Below are positions 13,661 through 24,067 of a stretch of 64,000 nucleotides of DNA, in pieces. Both the position numbers and the translations under genes were made by a program. Within the stretch, counting starts at the first letter, position 1. The number at the start of each line of letters is the position of its first letter. Source of the stretch: Haliotis rufescens (lineage: Eukaryota); assembly GCF_023055435.1 (NCBI RefSeq), contig NW_025963909.1:1-64000 (forward strand), read 5' to 3'. The notes under the pieces are model-generated. The model ran no database searches. It had not been told where the DNA came from and saw only the letters and a program-made list of their open reading frames with translations.

Positions 13661-15120
13661 GTGTAGTATGACGAAGACTATATACTAATATGATCGAAAA
13701 CTGAGAAAAAACAAACAATTCATTCGTATCATTTATTGATTCGAGTCAATCGGTTCCATACAAAGCCGTGATATACGAATGGACAATAGTATTCACTCTG
13801 GAACATTATTTAGTCACTCATATACACATGCTGCTGCTGCTCGAAGGCCCTATTGTTTAAACAGCGAGTCCATGTTTTGAAACACATTTCGCACTGTTGA
13901 ATGTTTCCTTTTCTACGCTGTTTTAAGGTTGAATGGTTGTCTATAGTCTATGCTTTATCCATTGCTTGTAACGATTTCCGTCCAGGAGGTCCCAGTTTCA
14001 CAATTCCTCTCACGTAGAGGGAAATTCGGCGTGGTCTCTTATACGAAGTGACGCCATATCTCCATCAGCAACTTGGGAGCTTATAAAGCAACTTCCAACA
14101 GAATTTGTCTCACGTATGAGCATAATACCACTGGATGATCACTTAGCGCCGGTGTCATTCGGATAGGACTCAGAACTACGAGTCATGGGGGTTTCCAATA
14201 GATCCAGGTTACTTAGTATAAGGTGATATACACACCGGATAATCGAGTATGTTACCAGACAGAAACCAAATCCCTTGTACACGTAAACCGTAAGTAACGT
14301 AGTTTGAAGCCAGGCGTATTATACCAAGCAACCCTTTCTCCGGACTCCAAAAATTCAATGAATTCAATGAACCATCGGAGAAGATTGCTTGTATTTTTGT
14401 TTGAAACGTGGCTCATTGGGTTAATGTATCTGCTTGAAAATCCTATGTTTAAAGTACCCCATGTTCCCGCGGCAAAGGTGTTAAAGCCCCACCCTGAATA
14501 TAAATAGCCCGCAAGGTGGAGGTGTATCAGTGTCGAACAGTGACTGACAATGTAGACACAACCGAGTGTCGGGAGAAGCTTTTTGAAAACCATACGGGAA
14601 CCAGATCACCAAAGACCGTCAAACTTCGTATCAACTTGAATGACAAACCATGTATACAACAAATGGCTCCATATCAAGATGTAAGTCAATAAATTTTCTA
14701 CAAGTGGAAACTTGACTTTTATGAAATCAGGTAACACCTTTGCCGCGGGAAGATGAAAGTGCACCTGCGGCTAAACTGATTGTGATCAATCAACAATGGC
14801 GTTCTCCGTGACACCAGTTTCACCGTAGTGGTAAACGTCTGAGACCTGCATCACTTCGGGCTTTCATCCAACATTAAGTTGACACGCCGCGTTATAACTG
14901 GAATATTGTTAAAAACCCAACTCACTCACTCATTCTCCGTGACACCAAACATAGCCTGTAAACTCACTTCCTTGAACTCATATAGAGACAGAAGCGAAAG
15001 AGAAAGTAGGTCTCTATTCTCGAGGCAGACTCGTACGTTCGCCTTAAATGGTATTGCCTGCCGATATGTATCCATTTTCAATTGGTGTAGTTCCTGATAA
15101 AGTGAGTGAGTTGGGCTTAC

Positions 15121-15395
15121 AGTGAGTGAGTGAGTTGGATTTAACGCAGATTTTAACAGTATTCCAGTTATATCGCGGTGTGTCAGCTTAATGTGGGAGG
15201 AAAGCCCGAAGTGATGCAGGTCTCAGACGTTTACCACTTCAGTGAAACCCACGAGCACGGGCATGGTGCTGACAAACCTAGAAACATAATCGGGGCGAAC
15301 CGGGATTCGAACCCACAATCATAGGTTTCTGTCGTGCCCAAGGGACGCAACCCAAATCGCGGCGCCTTAGACGACTGGGCCACCCGTGCCCCCAG
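15121..15395 (-). mobile_element. tRNA-derived SINE, family D
   Basis: Minus-strand head ggggcacgggtggcccagtcgtctaaggcg (A box) ...gggttcgaatccc (B box), (actc)n tail; near-identical copy at 48232-48516. Confidence 0.8.
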
Positions 15396-16227
15396 GTGGG
15401 CTTAGATAGTATATCACAACAACCTGTTGAACAACTTGTCAAACAGCTCACTGTCAGGTAGCTCTACCCAACAGCTAGTAACAAACCTTCCAAACCTTTC
15501 ATTAGAGTATATTAATCTAACAAAGATTTGAATGAATTACGAACTGTCTTTTTTTTTGTCACACACATACAAATAGGCCTAACTGGTGGCGAAATTTTGA
15601 CATGCATGTCATTGTTGGCTAGTGAAAAGAAGCCAACCTCTCAGTTGATTTTATCATATGTTTGATTTTCGGTTTATAAAATCGATATTACAAATCGATA
15701 TTATGTTAGCAAAGTAACCGCACTGGCGCTTAGTCGGCACGCACAGAATACCTCTACATGGTTTTATGTTCTTGAATATCATTCTATTTAAAACTTTTAA
15801 AATGTTAGGAGAAAGGAGGCGAAGGACAGGGTGCAAGTCTAGGTCTGTCCGACCTATTTCCGTGAAGCGAGCCCGCCTGTCAAGAGATATTGGGACAGGC
15901 CTACGTGCGGGAAACGTTGACCCAGTGTACCTGCGGCGACGTGGTTCATGTTTTGTGCACGGTGCAACCGCATGTTGCGCAGTCAGCATTTTTTTATTGG
16001 CATAGTGTAAAGTATGGAATGGAGTTTTGATTGGAATACTGGAATGGAATCTGGAATGAAACAAGTGAAACATACCCTATTTACAAACAAGTCTCCAATT
16101 TAATATGCTAGGAGATGAAGGTGACACACGGTCACATATGAAGAAGTGACGCATTATGACACACATTCAGATTAGTCACCCATATATTATCTACTGTAAA
16201 TGATCGATTCCGGACCGGGCATTCGAG

Positions 16228-16475
16228 TGTTTGTTTGTTTGTTGTTTAACGCCGCAGTCAGCAATATTCAAGCTATATGACGGCGGTCTGTAAATAATCA
16301 AGTCTGGACCAGGCAATCCAGTGATTGACATCATGAGCATCGATCCACCTAATTAAGATACGATGGCATGCATGAACCAAGTCAGCGAGCCTGACCACCC
16401 GATCCCGTTAGTTGCCTCTTATGACAAGCATAGTCACCTTTTACGACAAGCATGGGTTGCTGAAGACCTATTCCA
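16228..16475 (-). mobile_element. SINE-like repeat, family C
   Basis: (gttt)n tail and body shared with 41102-41365. Confidence 0.7.
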
Positions 16476-16613
16476 ACGGCCAGCCAGTGACAGAAAGCAT
16501 GGGAGAAAATCCACACTTTCAAAGCAGAATGACACACTTTCAGATTAGTCACCCATACATTCTGCCTGTGTGATTCAACAAAGTAGTAACATCGACGACA
16601 TTCGCAAAGAAAA

Positions 16614-16711
16614 ACGTTAAGCACACCCCTATTTCTGTACACAAAGATAAAAGTTAAGCACACCCCTATTTCTGTACACAAAGATAAACGTTAAGCACAC
16701 CCCTATTTCTG
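16614..16711. repeat. Short tandem repeat, ~39 bp x ~2.5
   Basis: gttaagcacacccctatttctgtacacaaagataa repeated. Confidence 0.8.
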
Positions 16712-17554
16712 AACCATAACAAATGGCAATAATCATGGTATGGGATGACTGACAACAGGAGCTGTGCGATGCCAATGTCATCGGATAGAACAAACATTTG
16801 CCAACAAATAAAGAAGATATTGGTGAGTTGTGATTGAAATTTACTGACAAAACAGCAATGTAATACAGATATTGTTTTTCACCTTAGACAATACGTTAAA
16901 TAGGTTTGGAGCTGCAGGATTAAGTAAACGAGTTATGTTTCATGTTTCATGTGAAAATGTTCCTTCAGGTCTCTACTTGACATGACACGTGAAACAGATC
17001 AGTAGCGGGTTTAACCGCCACGTGCCCGGATGCCCTCATGCCTCCAGTCAGACGTTGGATCTATTGACAATCTCATTAAAATTAGACCTTAGTTCTCGCT
17101 ACCGCTAAACAAAGATCTGAGGACATCCCAGTAGAGGTCACGTCAGAACGACCTTTCATTCGACCAATCAGAGCGTCGCTTACCAGATCATGAGAGTCAC
17201 AGTTGGAATGTTATTTCTAATCATGCATCTTCGAAAACTTTAACACGGGGTGTTCCGAACGATAGTTACGGGTTTAACGACTGAATCCATACAATCTAGA
17301 CCATCTATTAGCCATTCCAGAAAGTTCTTTTGTTCAGGTTTCAAATTTTTAATCGAGAATTTGTCAAAATATGTTTCGAAGCGTTGTCACCAATTTGAAA
17401 ATAGTGCCATAAAGCACGAGAAAGCTGCCTTCTGATTGGTCATTCCATTAGTCGGACAAAGTTCGCGCAAGGTCGGTCTGACGTGTCCCGTAATGGGATG
17501 TTTAGCTGTTTCAGTTTATTTACCGTTCAAGTCAGTAGTCAGTAAATAACCGCT

Positions 17555-17910
17555 AGTAGAGAGAAAGTAATACCTTCCGGACAAAAGCATTCCTGTGGAG
17601 CATAGAATTTCCAACAATTCCTGTGGAGCATGGAATTTCCAACAAAAGCATTCCTGTGGAGCATAGAATTTCCAACAAAAGCATTCCTGTTACCTTCTGG
17701 ACAAAAGCAGTCCTGTTGAGCGTGGAATTTCCAACAAAGCATTCCTGTGGAGCGAGGAAATTCCAACAAAAGCAGTCCTGTGGAGCATGGAATTTCCAAC
17801 AAAAGCATTGTGGAGCAGCATTCCTATGGAGCGTAGAGTAAAGAAACAAACAAAAGCATTCTTGTGAAGCATACCACAGAGGCCAGTCAATACCTTTCAC
17901 ACAATAGAAG
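17555..17910 (+). repeat. Left TIR of the Maverick, built from ~33-bp tandem units
   Basis: Reverse complement of 28134-28392; unit aaaagcattcctgtggagcatggaatttccaac. Confidence 0.92.
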
Positions 17911-18139
17911 TTAACAATAACGTTCCATGATCAACGTTTCATCCACTCATAGAATGTATGGTGCGATGAATACTCAGTAACCAATGAAACGCTAAAGGAA
18001 GTCAAAGTACACCAATGAAATTCAACTTTATTGTTATAAGTTAAGCAGTGTTTAACTGTTGAAGCTTTCATTCGAGCTTAAACAGCGATCTTGTCAACAA
18101 GACGAAATCTTCACGCCAGTATACATCTTGAATCTGATC

Positions 18140-18649
18140 ATGGGAACCCGAACAACTGACAAGTATGTATTTTTTTACACCAGAACTTTAGTGTTTAGTC
18201 AACATTTTTCTACTGAGATTGTTATCGAAGGAATAGCATTTAACTGTGCTGAGCAGTATAACATGTATAAAAAAGCTTGTATGTTCAGAGATTGGGAAAC
18301 TGCGCATAAGATTTTAAAGTGTGTTTCTGCCACCGAACAAAAACGTTTAGGTAGAAGTGTGAGATGTTTTAATCAACGCCAATGGGATGCTGTGAGTTCC
18401 AATGTGGTGTATGCAGCATCTTCAGCTAAATCCACACAGTCTGTTTTTCTGAAGAAACAACTGTTAGACACTTTTCCCAAGATCTTGTTAGAAGCGAGTC
18501 CGTATGATCGTGCGTGGGGTGTGGGTCTATCACTGCATGACCCTAATATTCTTAATCCATCTAAATGGAAAGGCAGTTATAGACTTGGTCAGATCTTAAT
18601 GATGGTTAGAAATGAAATAATGAACACAGAGCCAAGTGAAAACTTATGA
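18140..18649 (+). CDS. NADAR/YbiA-family protein (element cargo)
   Basis: FSQHF...FNCAEQY.MYKKA.MF.D, EQKRLGRSVR.F, LLEASPYDRAWGVG and LGQILMMVR are typical NADAR motifs; first ATG at 18140. Confidence 0.88.
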   Translation: MGTRTTDKYVFFYTRTLVFSQHFSTEIVIEGIAFNCAEQYNMYKKACMFRDWETAHKILKCVSATEQKRLGRSVRCFNQRQWDAVSSNVVYAASSAKSTQSVFLKKQLLDTFPKILLEASPYDRAWGVGLSLHDPNILNPSKWKGSYRLGQILMMVRNEIMNTEPSENL

Positions 18650-18683
18650 CTTTAAATGTGTTACAGTGATGTAACTTGCTATT

Positions 18684-18971
18684 TTGAACAGAGGCAAGAA
18701 AACTACATTCTACTCGTGGAAGCAGGTCATGCGGATGCCACACACTCTAAATGACCCAGTCATAACAAGATCGCCTGAGTGGTTTCAAGATAGGGAAGAA
18801 TGCGCGAAAGATGCAAAGAGAAAATTTAAAGACGAATGCAAGACAACAAAGAGAGTCATTATCAAGAAGATTAAAACCTTACCACTCAACGCTGATGAAG
18901 TGGATATGGCTACAAAACTGAAACATGCAAAGGATCTTCTCACGTTGAGTTACTCTTTAGAAGTGATTTAA
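18684..18971 (+). CDS. Hypothetical small basic protein (element)
   Basis: Co-oriented open frame in the gene-dense element; no family recognised; start uncertain. Confidence 0.4.
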   Translation: MNRGKKTTFYSWKQVMRMPHTLNDPVITRSPEWFQDREECAKDAKRKFKDECKTTKRVIIKKIKTLPLNADEVDMATKLKHAKDLLTLSYSLEVI

Positions 18972-18986
18972 ACAATCAGCCAACTC

Positions 18987-19307
18987 GTGTGTGAAATGTG
19001 TATTCCTTGTCTGTTTAATGAAGAAGGTGATCCAATCTTTTTGGGAGAACATTCTTGTCGCATGACGGAGCAGGAGCAGGTGGATAAATACTTCAACGCG
19101 GCACTTGAGGATGCGGACAATGAACTGGTAATAGGAAAATGGATGAAACTTGTGACTGATGATCCAGATCTGTGCACAATGCCTGCTTTCCATTTAGTAC
19201 CTTACCAGTGTAAGGACTATCGTGACAATACATTCAAATCACCCGAATGGGTGAATGGTTTGAAGCAATGCGTTGTAAAAATGTTGAAGTTGCAAAAACG
19301 CTTGTAG
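18987..19307 (+). CDS. Hypothetical protein with CxxC...HxC motif (element)
   Basis: MCIPC...EHSC...DKYFNAA; followed by AATAAA near 19385; start uncertain. Confidence 0.45.
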   Translation: MCEMCIPCLFNEEGDPIFLGEHSCRMTEQEQVDKYFNAALEDADNELVIGKWMKLVTDDPDLCTMPAFHLVPYQCKDYRDNTFKSPEWVNGLKQCVVKMLKLQKRL

Positions 19308-19489
19308 ACTGTTTCCATGTCATATTATTCTATCAGTACCAAATTAAATGTGTGTGTGTGTACTTTAGCAATGTCCATACTATGAATAAAACATAAATTA
19401 TGCTTACATCTTTGTTTGTCTTCTTTTGATAGTTATCAAATGGTTGTTCTTTAATAGGTGTCTGTTGTCAGAGCTTCTCTCATTTCAAC

Positions 19490-20623
19490 ATGAAGCCACA
19501 ACAGAGAAAGGTGGTAACAAAGAAACAGGAGAAGATGTTAGAAAGTTACTATTTTAACCCACTTGAACCGGGGGCTTTTTATGGTCCTGAGAAACTTCAT
19601 AGCGTTCTGAAATTAGCTCGTCAACCAGATCTCAGACTGAGCACTGTGAAACGTTTTCTGAACAAACAGGACGCCTACAGTTTACACAGGCCACCCAAAC
19701 AGAGATTCAAAAGGCTGAGAGTTCGGGTATATTCTATAAATGAAATGTTTGATGTAGATTTGACCGACATGACTCGTTACAGCAAGGAGAATAATGGTGT
19801 GCGTTATTTACTGGTGGCTATTGACCTGAGTAGGTTTGCTTTCGCCCTGCCTTTAACAAATAAGGGACCAGAGACAGTATTGAAAGCTTTCAAAGAAATA
19901 ATTCAGGAACGAAATCCAATGAAAGTGCGTGTGGATGGTGGTTCAGAGTTTAAAGGAGTATTTAAAGTTTTTTTAGAAAAACACAATAGCACTCTGACTG
20001 TTGCACATAACGAAAACATCAAAAGTAATTATGTGGAACGATTCAACAGAACACTGAAATCACTTATTACGTGTTACTTGACCCATAATAACACCAAGTA
20101 TTATTTAGATGCACTGCCCAAGTTGATGGACAATTATAACAACACCTTACATTCTTCTTTGCCCAACCTTTCTCCAGTTCAAGTCAAGAAGAAGAATGAA
20201 CTGAAAGTATGGGAACATTTGTATGTGAAGCCGTTGTTACTTAAAAAAAGCTCCAAACACAACAGGTCAAAGTCATTTGTATTTAAAGTAGGGGATCTTG
20301 TTCGCATTCCATACATCCGGAGACCTTCCATTAAGGAACTTGATCTGAAGTGGACTCAGGAGCTGTTTAAGGTGGCTAGGCGATACAAGAGACAAGAGAT
20401 AGCACAGTATAAGATCAAAGACTTTCACGATAAACTGATAGAAGGTACGTTTTATGCCAACGAGCTACAAAAGGTGGAGAAAAAGGAAAATGTCTTGTGG
20501 CAGGTAGAGAAGATTTTAAAGAGAAAACGTGTGAAAGGGAAGACCTACCTGTTAGTGAGGTGGTTGGGCTGGCCGAGTTCCTTCGATTCTTATGCGGAGG
20601 AAAGTGAACTGAAAGATATCTGA
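19490..20623 (+). CDS. Maverick retroviral-like (rve) integrase with C-terminal chromodomain
   Basis: Catalytic D (FDVDLTDM), D (VRVDGGSEF), E (NYVERFNRTLK); GTFYANELQKV; chromodomain WQVEKILKRK...LLVRWLGWPSSFDSY. Confidence 0.95.
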   Translation: MKPQQRKVVTKKQEKMLESYYFNPLEPGAFYGPEKLHSVLKLARQPDLRLSTVKRFLNKQDAYSLHRPPKQRFKRLRVRVYSINEMFDVDLTDMTRYSKENNGVRYLLVAIDLSRFAFALPLTNKGPETVLKAFKEIIQERNPMKVRVDGGSEFKGVFKVFLEKHNSTLTVAHNENIKSNYVERFNRTLKSLITCYLTHNNTKYYLDALPKLMDNYNNTLHSSLPNLSPVQVKKKNELKVWEHLYVKPLLLKKSSKHNRSKSFVFKVGDLVRIPYIRRPSIKELDLKWTQELFKVARRYKRQEIAQYKIKDFHDKLIEGTFYANELQKVEKKENVLWQVEKILKRKRVKGKTYLLVRWLGWPSSFDSYAEESELKDI

Positions 20624-21037
20624 TTGAAAGGTACATATTTCTCAAAAGCTCAGACTCCAAACAATCTTATTTTAACGAGAATACGCCTTATCATTTTCGT
20701 GTCAAACTAAATCAAAGGTTGAATTTTGATGGATTCTGGGTTGTGTCTTTAACGGAGATTAATTTTGGTAAACTTGAATGATCCATATGTGGACGTGTTA
20801 TGCAATCTGTGTGATAGTTCTTTGGCAGGTGAACAGCAGTTGCCTTTATTGAGACGGCTTGATCTCAGACAAGGTCCTTACTATAGCTTTGCCCATGAAT
20901 ACAATATTCCGATTAAAGTCAAAGAATCTCCACACATAGAGGTGCGTATAAAGGCCAGTAACGGCATGTCACCCTCATTTCTAAAGGAAGTGACATATGT
21001 GACACTGCACTTGAGACGGTATCCCTTCGTTGATTAA
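20623..21037 (+). pseudogene. Minor capsid (penton) protein, short; lost start codon and frameshift
   Basis: Frame 1 from 20623 reads IERYIFLKSSDSKQSYFNENTPYHFRVKLNQRLNFDGFWVVSLTEI (Polinton mCP N-terminus); frame 2 continues LCNLCDSSLAGEQQLPLLRR...VTLHLRR (mCP C-terminus). Confidence 0.8.
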
Positions 21038-21039
21038 CC

Positions 21040-21390
21040 ATGGAGTCCACACCTTTGTATGTTCCCGATTATGTCAAATGGACCCACTATTTCAAGAAAC
21101 ACATGAAAGGAACATCTGCCTTAGTGAATGGTAAACCACAGGTGAAAGTGATCCTGACACGACTTCAAGTGAAGACCGAAGAACCCAAGATCAAACTGGA
21201 AGTGACATCAGAGATGCAGAATATTGTTGAGAGAGCCAATGCCAAAGAAAAGCGATGGAAATCTTTAAAACGAGCTGCAGGTGATCGAATCACCACTTCA
21301 AAGAAGATCCGTCAGACAGATAACATTCCATCCAAGACCGCTAAGGTTCTCCAGTGTACCCCTGTTCGAGAAAACGACGTTTTCAGTTAA
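21040..21390 (+). CDS. Small basic hypothetical protein (possible virion core protein)
   Basis: Tightly packed between mCP and MCP; K/R-rich. Confidence 0.55.
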   Translation: MESTPLYVPDYVKWTHYFKKHMKGTSALVNGKPQVKVILTRLQVKTEEPKIKLEVTSEMQNIVERANAKEKRWKSLKRAAGDRITTSKKIRQTDNIPSKTAKVLQCTPVRENDVFS

Positions 21391-21392
21391 TC

Positions 21393-22694
21393 ATGTCACT
21401 ATTGAATGATAAAGACTTTGAGGAACTGATACCGCCCTCTCTCAATCTGTTTATTTTACCACCATACCAGACCAGCATCCATCAACATTATTTTGATGAA
21501 GTGCGACCACTCAGCCAAATCAATGATTCTTCACCGTTGGAATTTCAAGTAATGAATGCTGGAAGTGATTACATTGACCTGAACCGTACCCGCCTACATG
21601 TGAAGCTCAAGGTGAAACATGCAGATGGCACTGATCTTGATGACAAGGAACATATTGTCCCTGTCAACTTGTTTCTGCAGGCCCTCTTTTCCCAGGTGTC
21701 AGTGTACCTGCAGAATCAGTTGGTATCTTCTACAAACAACCATTATGCTTACAAGAGCATGATGAAAACTCTACTCAACTATGGAACAGAAGCTAAAACT
21801 TCACAGCTGTCATCTCAACTCTTCTACAAAGATGTGTCTGAATCCAACAATGATGTGGAATCGACTGATCCCTACACTGGTCTCAATACAGGAGTGCAAT
21901 CTCGTGGCGGTTTCATTAATACTAGTAAAGTCTTGACCATGTCGGGGCCATTGTATGAAGATATCTTTCACATGAACAGACATTTGGTCAATGGAGTGGA
22001 TTTGACAGGGAAGCTGTACCGCTCCTCGCCCCAGTTCTGTTTGATGAGTGGCAAAACAGGTCAAGGTTACAAGGTGGAAATTCTGGATACCTACCTGAAG
22101 GTATGTAAACTGAAAGTCAATCCAGCTCTTATTTTGGCACACAACACCTTGTTTCAAGACAGCAATGCTTTGTATCCTTACACCAAAAGTGAGGTCAAGG
22201 TGACAAGCATCCCCACCACTCAACTGACACATACCATTGACAATCTGTCGAATCCTATTGCTAATCGTTACATCGTAGGCTTTGTACTCAGCAACAGCTT
22301 GAATGGATCTTACACTGGTAACCCCTACAACTTCCAATCTAGTATGGTGAAAAACATCAGCCTGTACATCAATGGTGCCAGTGTCCCCGGACAACCCATG
22401 CAGGCAGATGACGTTGAGTCCTTTGTGCAGATGTTCGATGGGATGTGTCTGTGGAAAGAAAATACAAGAAACGGAATAACTCGGGGCGACTTTTTGCTCG
22501 GGAGTGCCCTGTACGTCTTCGACATTGATAAAGTATGCAGTGAATCCGACTATCTGAATCTGTTGAAATCCGGTAGCACCCGACTAGAAATCGAGTTCAA
22601 ATACGCCCTCACCGAAACACTCAGTTGTGTTGTTCTGAGTGAAAGAAATTCCCTCATCGAAATTGACAAGACCAGGAACGTGTTTGTGAAGTAA
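21393..22694 (+). CDS. Major capsid protein (double jelly-roll, Polinton PY-type)
   Basis: SLNLFILPPYQTSI...EVRPLSQINDSSPLEF...DYIDLNRTRLHVKLKV, LFSQVSVYL, YAYKSMMKTLLNY, NPYNFQ, LEIEFKYAL, IEIDKTRNV; 433 aa from ATG 21393. Confidence 0.93.
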   Translation: MSLLNDKDFEELIPPSLNLFILPPYQTSIHQHYFDEVRPLSQINDSSPLEFQVMNAGSDYIDLNRTRLHVKLKVKHADGTDLDDKEHIVPVNLFLQALFSQVSVYLQNQLVSSTNNHYAYKSMMKTLLNYGTEAKTSQLSSQLFYKDVSESNNDVESTDPYTGLNTGVQSRGGFINTSKVLTMSGPLYEDIFHMNRHLVNGVDLTGKLYRSSPQFCLMSGKTGQGYKVEILDTYLKVCKLKVNPALILAHNTLFQDSNALYPYTKSEVKVTSIPTTQLTHTIDNLSNPIANRYIVGFVLSNSLNGSYTGNPYNFQSSMVKNISLYINGASVPGQPMQADDVESFVQMFDGMCLWKENTRNGITRGDFLLGSALYVFDIDKVCSESDYLNLLKSGSTRLEIEFKYALTETLSCVVLSERNSLIEIDKTRNVFVK

Positions 22695-22699
22695 AAAAC

Positions 22700-23194
22700 A
22701 TGAAAGCCTCTGACCTTGCATGTGCTATTCAAAGCTACTCCATCTTAAAGTACCATGTCTTAGGTGTGTTTGCCAAAGATACTTTACCTGTGCTAACTAG
22801 AGTCATGCTTGCACGTGGAGTGGGTCTCATTGTCAATACTGAACCATCTGGAAGACCGGGTCGTCCCTGGGTGGCTATGTACTTCAAAGGAAATACAGGG
22901 GAACTGTTTGACAGTCTGGGTGAGCCAGTGAATTCCGTTTTTGACTTGTACTTAAAAACATATGTCAATCAATACCAGCACAACAGAAGACAGTTACAGT
23001 CCTCATCATCCAACCTTTGTGGTCATTATTGTTTATATTATTTGTTGTATAAATGCAAAACAGAACTTACCCTTCAAACCCTTGTGCAGATATTTGATGT
23101 GCAAGTCCGTTTTAACAATGATGAGCATGTGTCAAATTGTATCTGTAATTATTTTAGATATTGTTTGTTATCTTGTCATACCTGTGTCATGTAA
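22700..23194 (+). CDS. Adenain-like cysteine protease; catalytic His apparently replaced by Pro
   Basis: IVNTEPSGRPGRPWVAMY, FDSLG, QLQ...NLCGHYCLYYL. Confidence 0.88.
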   Translation: MKASDLACAIQSYSILKYHVLGVFAKDTLPVLTRVMLARGVGLIVNTEPSGRPGRPWVAMYFKGNTGELFDSLGEPVNSVFDLYLKTYVNQYQHNRRQLQSSSSNLCGHYCLYYLLYKCKTELTLQTLVQIFDVQVRFNNDEHVSNCICNYFRYCLLSCHTCVM

Positions 23195-23326
23195 CATAAT
23201 ACTGTACTTGTGTAACCCATTAACAAAATGAAATAAAAAAATTAGTGTAGTCATTCGAGTTTTTCTATAAATATAAGTAACTCAGCTGTATTGTCACAGT
23301 TGAATTATTGTGCTCAGGGTGAGATC

Positions 23327-23992
23327 ATGGAACGTAAGTGTCTCTTACCAATACAAACACCTACCGCCATATCTGTGATTGGTGGATCTTCCTCAGGGAA
23401 AACAGTTTGGGTGAAAAGGTTGTTAGAGCAAGCTAATCTGATGTTTGACAAACCTCCCAACCTTATTGTGTACTGCTATGCCGTATGGCAAGACATCTAC
23501 AGTGACATGCAGCAAAACATTTCTAACATTCTTTTTATGGATTCCCTTCCAACTGAGAATGATTTGAAAATGTGGTCTGAGCAATCTGAAAAGAACATGG
23601 TGTTGGTCATGGATGACATGATGATGGATATATGTAAAAGTCCACTGATGTTAAATCTCTACACTATATTGTCTCATCATTGGGGAATCAGTGTTATAAA
23701 TATTCAACAGTCTGCTTATCCTAAGGGGGATTGTAACCGAACTATTTCCTTGAATACACACTACTTCATTTTGCTATCTAACCCACGTTCTGCACATGAA
23801 TATAAAATCTTGGCATCTCAAATATTTCCAGGACAAGCCAAATATTTTACTGAATCATTTCGTGACGCAGTGGAGGGAAAGAAATTTCAATATTTAATGA
23901 TTGACGTATCACCCTATTCCGATCCTCAGTATGGGCGTCTGCGCAGTGGTGTCTTTCCAGATGAAGTATGTATTGTGTACCAACCCAAATAA
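23327..23992 (+). CDS. A32/FtsK-like genome-packaging ATPase
   Basis: Walker A GGSSSGKT, Walker B LVMDDMM, SHHWGISVINIQQ, RTISLNTHY, YLMID. Confidence 0.93.
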   Translation: MERKCLLPIQTPTAISVIGGSSSGKTVWVKRLLEQANLMFDKPPNLIVYCYAVWQDIYSDMQQNISNILFMDSLPTENDLKMWSEQSEKNMVLVMDDMMMDICKSPLMLNLYTILSHHWGISVINIQQSAYPKGDCNRTISLNTHYFILLSNPRSAHEYKILASQIFPGQAKYFTESFRDAVEGKKFQYLMIDVSPYSDPQYGRLRSGVFPDEVCIVYQPK

Positions 23993-24067
23993 AAGCTACT
24001 GCTGAAAGTTATACCCACCAGTTGCCCGTCTTACCAATGAACACATCAGTTGCTTAATGAGGTCATC

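Noticed and set aside
17539-17900. ORFs over both TIRs (also 28111-28469)
   Set aside because: Translations of tandem TIR units; no protein-like features
21810-22394. 194-aa antisense ORF
   Set aside because: Shadow of the major capsid gene
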